From positions 11,470,001 through 11,534,000 of the forward strand of contig NC_043000.1 in NCBI RefSeq assembly GCF_006345805.1: a stretch of DNA of 64,000 nucleotides, read 5' to 3'. Below the pieces are notes generated by a model, which was not told where the DNA came from, did not search any database, and worked only from the letters and a program-made list of their open reading frames with translations. Position 1 is the first letter of the stretch; the number at the start of each line of letters is the position of its first letter. Shown one piece after another: positions 1 through 13,800 of the stretch. Made by a program: the position numbers and the translations under genes. The stretch is from Octopus sinensis (lineage: Eukaryota).

Positions 1-284
1 ACACACACAACTCTACCAACAGTTAGTTTCACCAAGGTGGGTAGGTTTTCTTGAGAGTAATATATTACCAGTCATCCTTGTTAAGACTGCATCTCCTCTC
101 CAGCAACACACTTGTTTCTGCCCTCATTCCTGATCTCTCTCTCTCTCTCTCTCTCTGATGGGGTAATGTTGTATCTCTTTTCAAGCAAGGCACCTGTTTC
201 TGTCTATCTGTCACATTCTCACCTTTCATCATCTGGCACACAATCATCTCTTCCAATACCTCTCAAAGTTACTTTGATGATCCT

Positions 285-575
285 GCTTGTGTTGGTGCCA
301 CATAAAAAGCATCCAGCCCACACTGTAAAGTGGTTGGCATTTGGAAGTGCTTCCAGCTGTAAAAACCATGCGAAAACTGACCTTATCTGTGCTAGTACCA
401 CGTAAAAAGCACTTAGTCCACTCTGCAGGGTGGTTGGTGCAAGGAAGGGTATCTGGCCATAAAAACTGTCAAAACAGACACTGAAGCATGGTACAACCTT
501 CTGTCTGGCCAGCTCCTGTCAAACCATCCAAACCATGCATGGAAAGCAGGCGTTAAATGATGATGGTGACAATAA
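285..575 (+). mobile_element. Short copy of the RTE 3' UTR (truncated LINE or partner SINE)
   Basis: gtgccacataaaaagca...aaccatgcatggaaagcaggcgttaaatgatgatg. Confidence 0.7.
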
Positions 576-2175
576 TGATCTTGGTCCTTTGTTATTTCCT
601 CTATGTGGTTCAAGGTCTAGAGATCAGCCTTCACCACTTCATTTCATGCATTCCTTGGTCTTCCCCTTGTGCAAGCTCCATCCACATTCAGTGATTGGCA
701 CTTCATTACATAGCTGTTCTCATCCTTATGCATTATGTGTCCATACCAGTGCAGTCTTCTTTCTTGCACACTACATTCTGGTTCCTCCTACTAAGACTTT
801 CATGCACCCTCACTTTACACATCCAATGGAGTATGCTTGCTTCGTTTCTTTCCAGTTTTCTCAAGTCCTCTGCATTCAAGATACATGTCCCACAACCATG
901 CAGAAAGGCAGTTCTAAAAGGGAAAGATCTTTGCTGTCAGCCAGTGGTAGTAGCTCTCTGAACTTTCTCCGCCCCATCCTTATTCCAGCTACTACACTTT
1001 CAGAGCAAGCACCTCTCTTGCTAATTACACCTTCTAACAAAAGCTATCAATTATTTCTAAGTGAGCCATTCCAGTGTTTAAGAGAAACTATTTTTGTGAG
1101 CTCCAAGTATGTACTGGTCCAGTGCCTCTATCACACATGAAGCCTTGCATTTGCAGACAGTCTGCCTGTCACTCCACTACATTCTTTGTATGTCCATATC
1201 TTATACTGGATACAGTGTATGGAGTTCATACCTACTCTGTTTCTGCATACTGAACAAGACTACTTTCTAGAAGATACCAGGATCCTGTCTTGTTTCCAAC
1301 TTAGTACAAAACCTATGTCTTTGCTACATTTATCTTAAAATCCTCTCAGTTCTCGCTTCCATACCAGGAATTTCTTCTCTAATTCTTCTGTAGATCTAAC
1401 TTTGAATTCTCGAACATCAGCATGCAACTATTCCTCTGTGTGTGTGTGTGTGTGTGAACCTCATAAGTTTTATGTTCTTTTTCTCATGCTTGCATCAGTT
1501 GGATGGGTCCTTTGTAACACACTGGCTCTTTGTATGCATAGACATATTCATATACAAAACAATGTAACTTCCAATGTTGGCTTTAGTTTCTAGAGTAAAC
1601 CTGTTAAAATAACTTTAAAAAGTGGTTAATTATTGTTGTACATTAGCCTCACATAAAGTCTTTATTCACTCTCAGTGGGCCTGTGATCCCAGTATACATT
1701 TTTATTTCTTTATTGCCCACAAGGGGCTAAACATAGAGAGGACAAACAAAGACAGACAAAGGGAATAAGTCAATTAGATCGACCCCAGAACGCAACTGGT
1801 ACTTAATTTATTGACCTCGAAAGGATGAAAGGCAAAGTCGACCTCGGCAGAATTTGAACTCAGAACATAAAGACAGACGAAATACCACTTAGCATTTCGC
1901 CCAGCATGCTAACATTTCTGCCAGCTCCTTGCCTTGAGTATACATTCTGTGCACCTGGAGTCCCTCTCTACTCCTTTCCTGCATATTGAGTACATCTATT
2001 TCCCTGATGACAGCATAGTCCTATCCTCTCTCCTACTTCCTAAAACTTTAAGTCTTTGCCAAGTTCCCTGCAAGGCCTCTTGAGTTTAGCTTTGTTTCCA
2101 CATCTGGAATTTTTCTATAAACTCTGCTGTGTGGACTAAGTTTATCAGTATTTAGGAGTTCCCATGGACAGCTGA
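575..2175 (-). mobile_element. Old, decayed RTE LINE remnant interrupted by a SINE
   Basis: Patchy similarity to the RT/C-terminal part of 54443-55450 (CPWELL..., agcaaggcatctgaatgtgc-like block); many stops. Confidence 0.6.
1704..1935 (-). mobile_element. SINE family 2 (ggcggcgagctggcag head), monomeric body
   Basis: gaccccgaaaggatgaaaggcaaagtcgacctcggc core. Confidence 0.85.
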
Positions 2176-2531
2176 TCTTAAACTTCTCTGTTATGTTATT
2201 TACAATATTTACATTAATTCTCTATTCTCTGTTATGTTTGTTTATCTATTAATTGACGTCAGATTGACGTCACACTTTTTTTACTTTCCTCCTGACAGCT
2301 AATACCATGACAGTGCCGAAACCTAATACTGCTGATGATGAAACAGACACACACACACACAGACAGACAGACAGGGGTATTTTTTGTCACATATATCCTA
2401 AGTTTAGCGAAAGCAAGTATAATTATAAATAGGTTTCCACTTGACAGGATAGGTTTACGTTTAAATATTCATTTAGATCATTTACATCCTGAACATTTGG
2501 ATGTGGCTCCCCACCACTCTCTCTATCTTTC

Positions 2532-2588
<57 letters not shown>

Positions 2589-2700
2589 CTATCTCTCCAT
2601 CCATCCATCCATGCATACATACATACACACACATATATATTTATATTATATACATACAAACATAGCATGAGTCAAAAGTACTAAAATAAATTTAACTATA

Positions 2701-3098
2701 GGCGTAGGAGTGGCTGTGTGGTAAGTAGCTTGCTAACCAACCACATGGTTCCAGGTTCAGTCCCACTGCGTGGCATCTTGGGCAAGTGTCTTCTGCTATA
2801 GCCCCGGGCCGACCAATGCCTTGCGAGTGGATTTGGTAGACAGAAACTCAAAGAAGCCTGTCCTATGTATGTATGTATATATGTGTGTGTGTGTGTGTCT
2901 GTGTTTGTCCCCCTAGCATTGCTTGACAACCGATACTGGTGTGTTTGAGTCCCTGTCACTTGGCGGTTCAGCAAGGGAGACCGATAGAATAAGTACTGGG
3001 CTTACAAAGAATAAGTCCCAGGGTCGATTTGCTCGACTAAAAGTGGTGCTGCAGCATGGCCGCAGTCAAATGACTGAAACAAGTAAAAGAGTAAAAGA
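2701..3098 (+). mobile_element. tRNA-derived SINE family 1 (internal microsatellite, AAAAGAGT tail)
   Basis: A/B-box head ggagtggctgtgtggta...gggttcagtccc; CORE-like ccttgggcaag; at least 8 copies in the window. Confidence 0.9.
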
Positions 3099-3291
3099 GT
3101 AGTCGAAAGCCTTAGATCTAGGAAATTATAAGAATGTAAACAGATCTTTATCTCTGCTTTTGATGTGACAGAAAAATGTAGCAGAAATGCTTGATTCATA
3201 ATTTCGTAGATTTTTGAAAATTTTGAAAATTACAAAGAACTTAATAAAATAACTTTCTCATTTTCAAGCTGGCATTCAAAATATAATTTAA

Positions 3292-3667
3292 CTAGCTGTA
3301 TCGCCCGGCATTGCTCGGGTTTGTTTTGACCCTTTAGAATTGGAATTTTTGAAAAGTAAAAATTTTGCATTATGTAGCTTGTTATTCTCTTTAAGTGAAC
3401 ATTTTTCTGGTTGAAATACACCGAAAAATGGCAACACAGCAGTCAAAAAAATCGTAAAAAATAGGGATTTTCATAGAAAAAAAGCACCTTTTTGATGTAA
3501 ATAATTTTTGGTGTTAACATGGTCCGATTTGAATTTTATCTTCTATGGAATGAAGAGCAAGCCTTCTTGTATCATACTCTCAATTTTGGTCAACTTGTGC
3601 TGCAGGGTCTTGGAGGAGATAGTGTTAGTTGAAGGCTACCAAACCTGCCACACACAGACAACTTCAG

Positions 3668-3698
<31 letters not shown>

Positions 3699-3700
3699 GA
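3292..3700 (-). mobile_element. Non-autonomous Helitron
   Basis: 5' A|TC(TA)n...; 3' hairpin CCCGAGCAATGCCGGG then CTAG|T; inserted at an AT dinucleotide. Confidence 0.8.
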
Positions 3701-4186
3701 TATTGGCCTGCTCGCTTAGCCAGCGGGGTGGCGTAATTTGAAGGCTAAAACAATGCGAAGCGCATTGTGACCAGCGATCTGTAACAACATCTGATAGCCC
3801 GGTTGGTCACGTGATCACGTGATATATAGATATATATATATGATAGTTTGATGGAGATTCAGGAAGTTTGTATCATAGGACCAGGCTGCTATTTTGCAGG
3901 CTGGAATCCAGTTTTGTGCAGCTGAAGGAACTTTAGCTGAGTTCTTTCATTATAGGCTTACATTAGATAAGATTCTTCTGGTTTATTTCCTTGGTGGTTT
4001 CATCGGTGCTGCATTGGTTATAGATACTAAAGTTAAAGGGTAGAAGAAGTTGAGGAAGCTGATACCTCTTCTAGCAACAAGCTCTCTCTCTCTCTCTTTC
4101 TCTCTTTTTCTTCTGTACACACACTCTCTCTCTCACACATACACATGCACACACACACACACACACACACTATCTCTCTTTCATAC

Positions 4187-4274
<88 letters not shown>

Positions 4275-4742
4275 ATATATACCAAATAGAAAACACCTAC
4301 CAAATATAAAACACACACAGACACATTTACACACACCACAATAAACTCTGGTACCAATCAAAAACAGCTCCCACACACAAACACAAACACATGTATACAC
4401 ACACACACACATACACATATAGATGCACACAGGGACACACACACTCACACCATTCTGACCTCTGAGACCAGTCCCAAAAAGCCATTGAACCATGACAGAC
4501 TAGCCCAGAAACAAAAAAAAATCCTTTCAATTCCACATTGCTCTTCTTTTCCCCCACCCCACACTAGCAGTCAGAGCCATATTGGATGAGATCTCATGAC
4601 AGTCATTGCCATCTCCGAGACTGGAGCGAGACCTCACCTGCATCCATTTGCGATGCGCAAGATCACAAGGCTCACACACATGGACACACGGACACACTCA
4701 TACAATCATTTGCATTCAAATAAAGAAGATATAATTACATAC

Positions 4743-4849
4743 TTCTGAGTAAAGTTTTCATGGAAATACCATACTTTTCATTATTTCTACTTATTCTTTT
4801 GGCTTCTATTGTGGTCTTGTTAGAACCCTTGATGCTAAAATACGGGTAA
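4743..4849 (-). CDS. Gene A exon 5 ([35 protein letters not shown])
   Basis: gtttcag|T TAC CCG TAT TTT AGC ATC...AGA A|gtatgt, 107 nt, open frame; paralogous to 60243-60358. Confidence 0.8.
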
Positions 4850-7800
4850 CTGAAACTAATATATTAAAATTGATAAATTTAATAAAAATCATTATAAATA
4901 ACTTAAATAAATAAATTTAATAAAAATAGATTAAATAAAAATAATAAATTAAATAAAAATAATAAATTAAATAAAAATGATAAATAATAAATTAGATAAT
5001 AAATTAATAAAAATAAATAAATAATTAAAAAAATAATAAATTAAATAAAAATAAATTAAATAAAAAATAAATTAAATAAATAAATTAGATAAATTTAATA
5101 AAAATCATTATAATTAACACTTTTACGAATTGTATTTACAATCAATTCTGTTTAATTAAATCAATGAGGTCATCATTTCGTCTCTGATATAAGTGAGTGT
5201 TTTATACCCGGTTTCGTATTCATGATATGGAAGGTAGAAATGACATCTAATTTGGGTAAGTCAGATCTTGTTAAGTCAGCTTCAGTTCGGCTGTGATCAT
5301 GGGGGGTCTGCGGATCAAAGGCATCATCATCATCATTGTTCGACCGTGGTCAAGACAATGGAATTTACTATGTTACGCCAGAATTCACGGTCCATCATAG
5401 CATTACGGAGGTCCTGTTGCTGGATGCCTGTATTCCTGGAGATTACAACAGGGTAGGAGAGTGTGCGCCCTCTGGTATCGCGAGCAGATGGCTTCCAGAG
5501 GAGAAGAGTAGAAATTACCTTGTTTTCAGCTCTACAACAATGTCCAGCAAACTGGACTCTTCTACCTTTCACAAGAGATGATACAGGTGGTAATTTCCCA
5601 TATATTTGTACTTTGGTTGGATGACGCTTCCACGAGAGATTTTGAGCTCTCATAAGGAGGCAAGTGTAAGTTCCATCCAACCGCCGCTCAAGCTTCTTTG
5701 ATAACGTAGATTTCTGAGCCATATAGTAGAATTGGTTTGACTGTGGCTTTGAAGATTTTAAGTTTGAAATCTCTACTTAGATTTGATGACCAGATCTTAT
5801 GCATATCATAACAGGCTGACCAGGCCATACCCTTTCTAGTTAGAAAATCTTTTTCAGATGATGAAGTTCCATCCAACCGCCGCTCAAGCTTCTTTGATAA
5901 TGTCCAGGTTTCTGAGCCATATAGTAGAATTGGTTCGACTGTGGCTTTGAAGATTTTAAGTTTGAAATCTCTACTTAGATTTGATGACCAGATCTTATGC
6001 ATATCAAAGGCATTCCAGCCATGACAATCCTGTCATATTCCCTTCCTAGACAGAGTGTATGTCAAACCACATCGACCAATGATAGTACAGTCTTATTTGA
6101 GATTGTAATAGAAGACATGATATTCCATCGACTCCCACCTGTTCTATCATTTGGAATCATGTACATTTTAAAAATAAAGAATGCAGTGTTTTTAGCTTTA
6201 AAAGACGAAACAGTTGCTATGCAACTCCAACTTGTGTCACACAGATGTGTTTTGGGAAAAAAGTGACCAGCTTAAAAGCATAGGTTCCAAATTTTTAATT
6301 AAAAAAATTTATACAAAGTTATGGTGGATAAAGTGGTAATTGGCACTCTGTCAGTTATGACGTCGAGGGTTCCAGTTGATCCGATCAATGGAACAGCCTG
6401 CTCGTGAAATTAGCGTGCAAGTGGCTGAGCACTCCACAGACACATGTACCCTTAACGTAGTTCTCGGGAATCCTGTATATTTAAAAAATAAAGAATGTAG
6501 TGTTTTTAGCTTTAAAAGACGAAACAGTTGCTATGCAACTCCAACTTGTGTAAACAGGTGGGTTTTGGGAAAAAAGGGGATTAAAGAAGGGGTGTCAGAA
6601 GACTGAGGTTCTAGATTAGAAATTTAGGAAATGAGTTTGTTACGAATGAGACACAAATTGGTTTATATCTGTAAACTGTCCTTTTAATTATTGATTATGA
6701 AAGTGTTCAAAAGACCAATTACAAAATAATTAAAAGATGTTAATTACAAGTAAAAAGATAATATATACTTCTCATTGAAAGTAAGGTTCTGTAGAACCCA
6801 GCCCTTCCATGGAGTTACAATGGCTTTGTCTTTCTGGAACCACGATGTAGAATTTGTTCCTATACCGTTGAAAACGAAAATACTTCTATTCCATCTTCTA
6901 CTCAACCGAAATCTAACCTGCAAATAGAAAGTTAACTGATCCGTAATGAATGTAAGAAAGAGAGGGAAGATAGAGTGGTATAAAGAGAAAGGAGGAGGTT
7001 ATGATGTGATACAGGGAGAGAGTAGGAGGGAGAGAAGGAGACAGAGGGAAAAATGGAGGAAGAGTGAGAGTAAGAGAGTGAGAGAGTCTGAAAGCAAAAG
7101 ACAGAAGGATTAGAGAAGGTAGAGAGAGAGAAGAAGCGAAAGTGAGGGAAGATAGAGTAGTATAAAGAGAAAGGAGGAGGTTATGATGTGATACAGGGAG
7201 AGAGTAGGAGGGAGAGAAGGAGACAGAGGGAAAAGTGGAGGAAGAGTGAGAGTTAGAGAGTAAGAGAGTATCAGAGCAAAAGAGAGAAAGATTAGAGAAG
7301 GTAAAGAGAGAGAGAGAGTGAGAGATAGATAGATAGATAGAAAGAGAAAGAGAGATAGATAGATAGATAGAAAGAGAGAGATAGATAGATAGAAAGAGAA
7401 AGAGAGATAGATAGATAGATAGATAGATAGAAAGAGAGAGATACAGAGAAAGAGAGAGAGAGAAGAAGAAGCGAAAGTGAGGGAAGATAGAGTAGTATAA
7501 ATAGAAAGGAGGAGGTTATGATGTGATATAGGGAGAGAGTAGGAGGGAGAGAAAGAGACAGAGGGAAAAGTGGAGGAAGAGTGGGAGTAAGAGAGTGTCA
7601 GAGCAAAAGAGAGAAAGATTAGAGAAGGTAAAGAGAGAGAGAGAGAGAGAGAGAGAGAAGGAAATACAAAATACCAATTAAAGAAGTGTAAGATTAAGAT
7701 AGAGGGAGAGAAAGAATTTGGATTTAGGGGAAAAAACATGGGTGATTAATAAGACAGAAAATCGGATTAATAACTAATAAGTTATGATTTCGGAGTCTTT

Positions 7801-10800
7801 GTAAAAGATTCGTTGCATCTATGAGAAGTAGAAAACCCTGACGAAATCAGAACAAAAGCAAAAGATAAAAGCAGCAAGAATCAATCCCAACTCAATGTAA
7901 CATTGATATTCTGTGGAGGTGTAGTGGATGCGTGGATGTATTAATAAATACATAAGTGCTTTGTAATAAATTAAAGATTTATTATCACTACATCAATTTG
8001 TAAGCAATGTTACACATCGCTTGTACAAAATGCATATTAAATAGTGGTTGCAAATAATACATATTAAAGGAATGCATAATACAGGATACACATTAAAGCA
8101 GAATATGTTTGATGGTGCGTGTGTGTGCGTGTGTGTAAATCATGCATGACAGAGTCACCTTTCTGATTATTCTTTCGTCGTCCTCATAAATGCGTGTCGT
8201 TCTCTTAAACGTTGGTTCGGGTTCTCTCTAGATACCTATTTCTCCGTTCTATTTATAACATCTCAAATAGCCAGAAAAATAGATATACCGCAAGAGTGTT
8301 ATTGCGTACAGTAGGTCGCTGGTCGTCCTGTTAAACTTCGCCTGACCTGCTCGGGTCAGAGGTCGAAGGGAGACGATCCATCATTTTTTGTCAGAACAAA
8401 GAGATTCTGATTTCGCGCCTTTTTGTGCATTGGTATTTTACGACCAATGATTCTTGGGTCTGATTTCGAATCCAAGCTTTGAGAAGGAAGTGCTAATTCT
8501 TACACTACCCCCCTTCTAGTGAGAAAGCCACAGAGATCGAACGATATTGGAAATGTATTATTATTATTATTTTTATTATTTATTTATTTTTTTTTTTTTG
8601 ATTGTGTGCATGTAGAAAAAAATTTTTTTTACACATTGAACGATAAAAATATGGATGAAAGGTTTACAATTTGTATGTGCTATATGGTGGGCAATATGTA
8701 TATGTGCCCAGGCAGAATTATGTTGGCGCGTTGAAAGAGATGTGCGTCTATTGATTACTCGACCTACTAGAGGTCTAATAGAGACAAGGTATCTTTCAGT
8801 GGCGAAAAAAAAAATCGAGTGATAGCACGCATGAGAACAAGATTTGTAAATGTGTGTGGATATACAGTTAGCAAAAAAATATATTTATGAGAAAGCAAAC
8901 ATTTTGAAAAGAAAACAAAAAATATGTACATGCAAAAATGAAAGAAATGTTCATCGGCAAAGTTCGATTTTGAAATGTTCCGTAAAAGTTCATACAGACA
9001 GTTTTTGTTTTCATTTTTTTTTTCTTTACGTACACAAATGTTCTTTGATTTCTCTGGGTGGGTGATGCAGTTATGTGTTCATTAGGAAGATGGATACGTT
9101 AGGAGTTCAGAACTTACCCGAAAAACTTGCACAAACCTTGCTGGCCATCGAACTGTTCTTCCTGATTTGGTGTGTCGGGGTTGTGCAGCATCTGTGGTGT
9201 TCGCTGGAGTTGCCGAGTCTGTTTGAGGAAAAGAGGGGACTGAATGTAAGTCCTCCTCGATGAAAGCTTTTTTTAAACGATCAATCGAGACCGTATTTCG
9301 TTTACCTCCAATATCGAGGACGAAATACTTGGGTTCTCTTTTGATGACCTTGTAGGGCCCGGAATATGGTGGTCGAAGTTGAGAGGGTATCCCATCATTC
9401 CTCACGAAGACATGAGTCCATGTGTTGATATCTTTTGGGACACGTGAAACGACGTTCTGTTGTCTAGGGCCTGAGGGTGATACTTGCGACATGGATGTTC
9501 GTAATCGGTGCACATATTGTTGTGGGTCAGGGAAGTTTTGTGAAACAGGTTCGATCATCTGCCCAGGTAAGGTGAGTGTTGTGCCATAAACGAGTTCGGC
9601 CGGAGTATATCCCAGTTCTTCCTTAATCGTGGATCGAATTCCAAGGAGGATGAGAGGGAGATGTTCCAACCAGTGAGAACTGTCTGGAGCTGCTTTTATA
9701 GATGCCTTGAGTTGGCGGTGAAAGCGTTCCACCATGCCATTTGCTGCAGGGTGGTAAGCTGTAGTGCGGGTGTGTTTACACCCGAGGAGACGAGTCAGCT
9801 CGGTGAAAAGGTGGGAATCGAACTGACGTCCTCTGTCGGTGGTAATTGTTGCGGGTGTGCCAAAACGCGAAACCCATTGTGATATCAGCGTTTTAGCGAC
9901 CGTTTCTGCTGATATATCAGATAGGGGCCAGGCTTCGGGCCATCGCGAGAACCTATCTACGCAAGTTAGCAAATATGAATAGTTCTGCGAAGGTGGCAGG
10001 GGTCCAACGATATCAATGTGAACGTGCTGAAATCGTGCATCGGGCTGCGAAAATGAACCGATTGGTGATTTTATGTGCCGGTGGATTTTCGCTTTTTGGC
10101 ACGCAACACAGCACTTGGTCCATTCTCTGATATCCTTGTTGATACTGGTCCACACAAAACGGGTCGATATTAGCTTTTGAGTGGAGCGAATACCAGGATG
10201 TGACAGAGAATGTAGAGCGGAGAAAACTTCTCGACGATATTTCTGTGGTACATAAGGGCGTTGGTAACCAGTGGAAATATCACACCAAATATGGGCTGTG
10301 GATGATGGTAGTGGAACATGCTGAAATTTCAGAGATGACGAATTCCGGAGCTTTAGAAGTTCTTCGTCATTCTCCTGGTCAGCTGCTATACGTGCCAGAT
10401 CAATTGTAGACGTGGTGTGGATAGCATTGATCTGCGCACGTGAAAGTGCATCGGCTGCCACGTTGGTCGTCCCTTTGATGTGGCGTATATCCGTCGTGTA
10501 CTGCGATATGAAGTCGAGGTGACGAATTTCTCTCGGCGAATGGCGATCCGGTTTGGTGTTAAATGCGTATACTAATGGCTTGTGGTCGGTATATATGGCA
10601 AAATTGGTACCTTCTAGCATATGACGGAAATGCTTAACGGCCAGGTATGCCGCCAATAATTCCCGACTGAATGTGCTGTATTTGGTTTCCGCGGGTTTTA
10701 ACCGCTTAGAAAAGAAAGACAACGGTTGCCATATACCGTCAACAAGCTGTTGTAGCACACCTCCGATTCCGGAATCGGATGCATCAACGAGTAAACATCG

Positions 10801-13800
10801 TGGGGCGTCTGGTTTTGGATAAACCAACATGGTAGCGCTAGATAACGCTTTTTTCAGGGCAGCGAAAGAAACGAGTTGATCTTCGGTCAGAGCTATATCT
10901 GCGTTTTTGCAGGTTCGCTGACGTAGCAAATCCGTGAGCGGTTGCGCTATTTCAGCGAGGTGGGGCACGAACCGTCGATAGAAATTCGCTAGACCGAGAT
11001 ATTCCCTTAATTTGCGGAGAGATGTGGGTGGTGGAAAATCCACGATGGCCTTGACTTTCTCGGGAAGGGGACGAATTCCATTTTTATCGACTATATGGCC
11101 GAGAAAATGAAGGGAAACAACTCCGAACAAACATTTGGTAGGGTTGATAACAATTCCAAATTGACGTAGTCGTCCGAATAGCAGGTGAAGGTGTTGATTA
11201 TGCTCTTCGTCCGAGTTACTGGCCACGAGTATGTCGTCTATGTAGGCATAGACGAAAGGCAAACCTCTAGTCACCATGTCGATAAACCTTTGGAATGTCT
11301 GTGCCGCGTTTCGTAAACCGAAAGGCATACGCAGGAATTCAAACATTCCGAAAGGTGTAGTCACTGCTGTCTTTGAGATGTCTGCAGGTTCGACTGGGAT
11401 TTGGTTGTATGCTCGCACCAGGTCGATTTTTGAAAAGATGCGAGCTCCATGCAGCGAGCTCGAAAAGTCCTGAAGAAAAGGCACCGGATAGGCATCACTG
11501 ATAGTGCTTTTATTCAGTGATCGATAATCGCCGCAAACCCGCCAATCGGTCGATGATTTTTTTGGGACGCAGTGTATCGGCGAGGACCAGTTGCTGCTGG
11601 AAACGCGGATGATTCCGAGGTCGAGCATGTGCTGGAATTCCCGCTTGACGGCCTGGAGACGATCAGGTGGTAACCTTCTGGGCCTTGCAGCAACAGGTGG
11701 ACCGCTGGTTTTGATGTGGTGGGTAACGTCGTGCTTTATCGGCTGGTTATGAAAAACTGGCCGGGCGACATCTGGATAATCATTCAGGATGGAACTGTGA
11801 CGAGTCGTTGTCGTAAGCATTACAGTTGGGCTGACTGTGTCCATTCGAGCGGCTATACCGCGCACAGTAAGCTTGGTGGTGGTGTCGACAAGTCGTCTGT
11901 TCTTTATGTCTACCAGGAGACCGAAATGATGCAGGAAATCGGCTCCTAAGATAGGGGTCGGCAGTTTAGCGACGACGAATACCCACTGAAATGTGCGGCG
12001 TAGTCCTATGTTTAATGTTAGGGACTGTTCACCGTAGGTTGGAATGGGTGAATGGTTGACTGCCTGAAGACAGACTGATGTCTCTTTTCTTTTTCCAGAA
12101 GTGTTGGAGACTGGGATGATGCTGACTTCCGCACCTGTGTCAACCAGGAAACGCGTGCCTGTTACACGATCGCAAACGAAAAACAGGCGACTGTGTGGGT
12201 GCGAACCAGGAATTTCCGTCGCGTTCAATTCCTGGCTGTGCCGTTTCCCGAACTGGGTGAGGAAAACGAGCACGGTACCGTACATTTTTGTGCCCGTGTT
12301 CCGAATGTTCGGTGGTACCAACACGTGTCATGTGAGTTTCGGGTAGCACTGGGGCTTCGAGACCGTCTGCCATCTCGTCGAGATCGGCTGGTGCTTCGAC
12401 GCTGGGGACTAAACTTTAGGGCTTGTATTTGGGCTGTGAGAATTTGTATTTGCGCAGCTTGCTGCGTCATTAATGCACGCAAATCCGAAATCTCTGAAGA
12501 ACTGGTTTGTGCACGGAAAGGATTGGTACTGGGAGCGGCTGGCGTCACCGTCGATACCGTTGGATATCTGTGCGGTACTTCGGCTATTTTGTCAGCTAGC
12601 TCCGCAAGTTCTTCAAGGGATGTGTTTTCTCTGGTGGACGCGAGAACAACCTGGGTATTGGAGGGCAGACGCTGGAGAAAAAGTTGCTTGAAGATTTTTT
12701 CTGGGAGCGTCTCATCTCCGAGAAGCTGTTTCATTCTCCGAAGAAGCTGGGACGGCGTTTTGTCACCCAATTCTTCCGATATCAGAAGCTGGTGAAGTCT
12801 TTTTTGTTGGGATTCTGAGGTTCTGTTTATTAACGTGGTTTTAAAAACTTCATATGAAACAGAACCGGGTGGTGCCATGATAAGGTCGCGTATCACGTTC
12901 GTTATTTCTGGTGACAGAGAACTGATAACGTGAGAAAGTCGAGCCGCATCGCTCGATATTCTGTGAGAGGCAAACTGTGCCTCTATATGGTGAAACCACA
13001 ATGTCGGGTCGTGGGTCCAGAATGGTGGAATTCTTAACGAGATCGCCGCTTGGAATGCCATGTCGATGTTGGCCGCTGGGTTTTGTTCCGGGAGATTCAT
13101 TGTTTTTGTCGGAATTTTCAGTTGCTTCGTTGCTGGTGATGTGCAAACTGTAATTCTTCGACGCGGTTGATGAAGCTGGTTCCAGGGAAGGCGCGATTCG
13201 TTTTACGGGGTCACCAAATGTAGTGGATGCGTGGATGTATTAATAAATACATAAGTGCTTTGTAATAAATTAAAGATTTATTATCACTACATCAATTTGT
13301 AAGCAATGTTACACATCGCTTGTACAAAATGCATATTAAATAGTGGTTGCAAATAATACATATTAAAGGAATGCATAATACAGGATACACATTAAAGCAG
13401 AATATGTTTGATGGTGCGTGTGTGTGCGTGTGTGTAAATCATGCATGACAGAGTCACCTTTCTGATTATTCTTTCGTCGTCCTCATAAATGCGTGTCGTT
13501 CTCTTAAACGTTGGTTCGGGTTCTCTCTAGATACCTATTTCTCCGTTCTATTTATAACATCTCAAATAGCCAGAAAAATAGATATACCGCAAGAGTGTTA
13601 TTGCGTACAGTAGGTCGCTGGTCGTCCTGTTAAACTTCGCCTGACCTGCTCGGGTCAGAGGTCGAAGGGAGACGATCCATCATTTTTTGTCAGAACAAAG
13701 AGATTCTGATTTCGCGCCTTTTTGTGCATTGGTATTTTACGACCAATGATTCTTGGGTCTGATTTCGAATCCAAGCTTTGAGAAGGAAGTGCTAATTCTT

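Noticed and set aside
8505-9081. env-like or accessory ORF in the Gypsy 3' region
   Set aside because: Only short antisense ORFs; AT-rich UTR.
12200-12235. Pseudoknot between loop GCGA and downstream UCGC at the frameshift site
   Set aside because: Only 1 nt links stem 1 to the partner strand, too short for an H-type pseudoknot; kept as a simple hairpin.
9661-12795. Plus-strand ORFs overlapping gag/pol
   Set aside because: Antisense shadows of the retrotransposon ORFs with no motifs.
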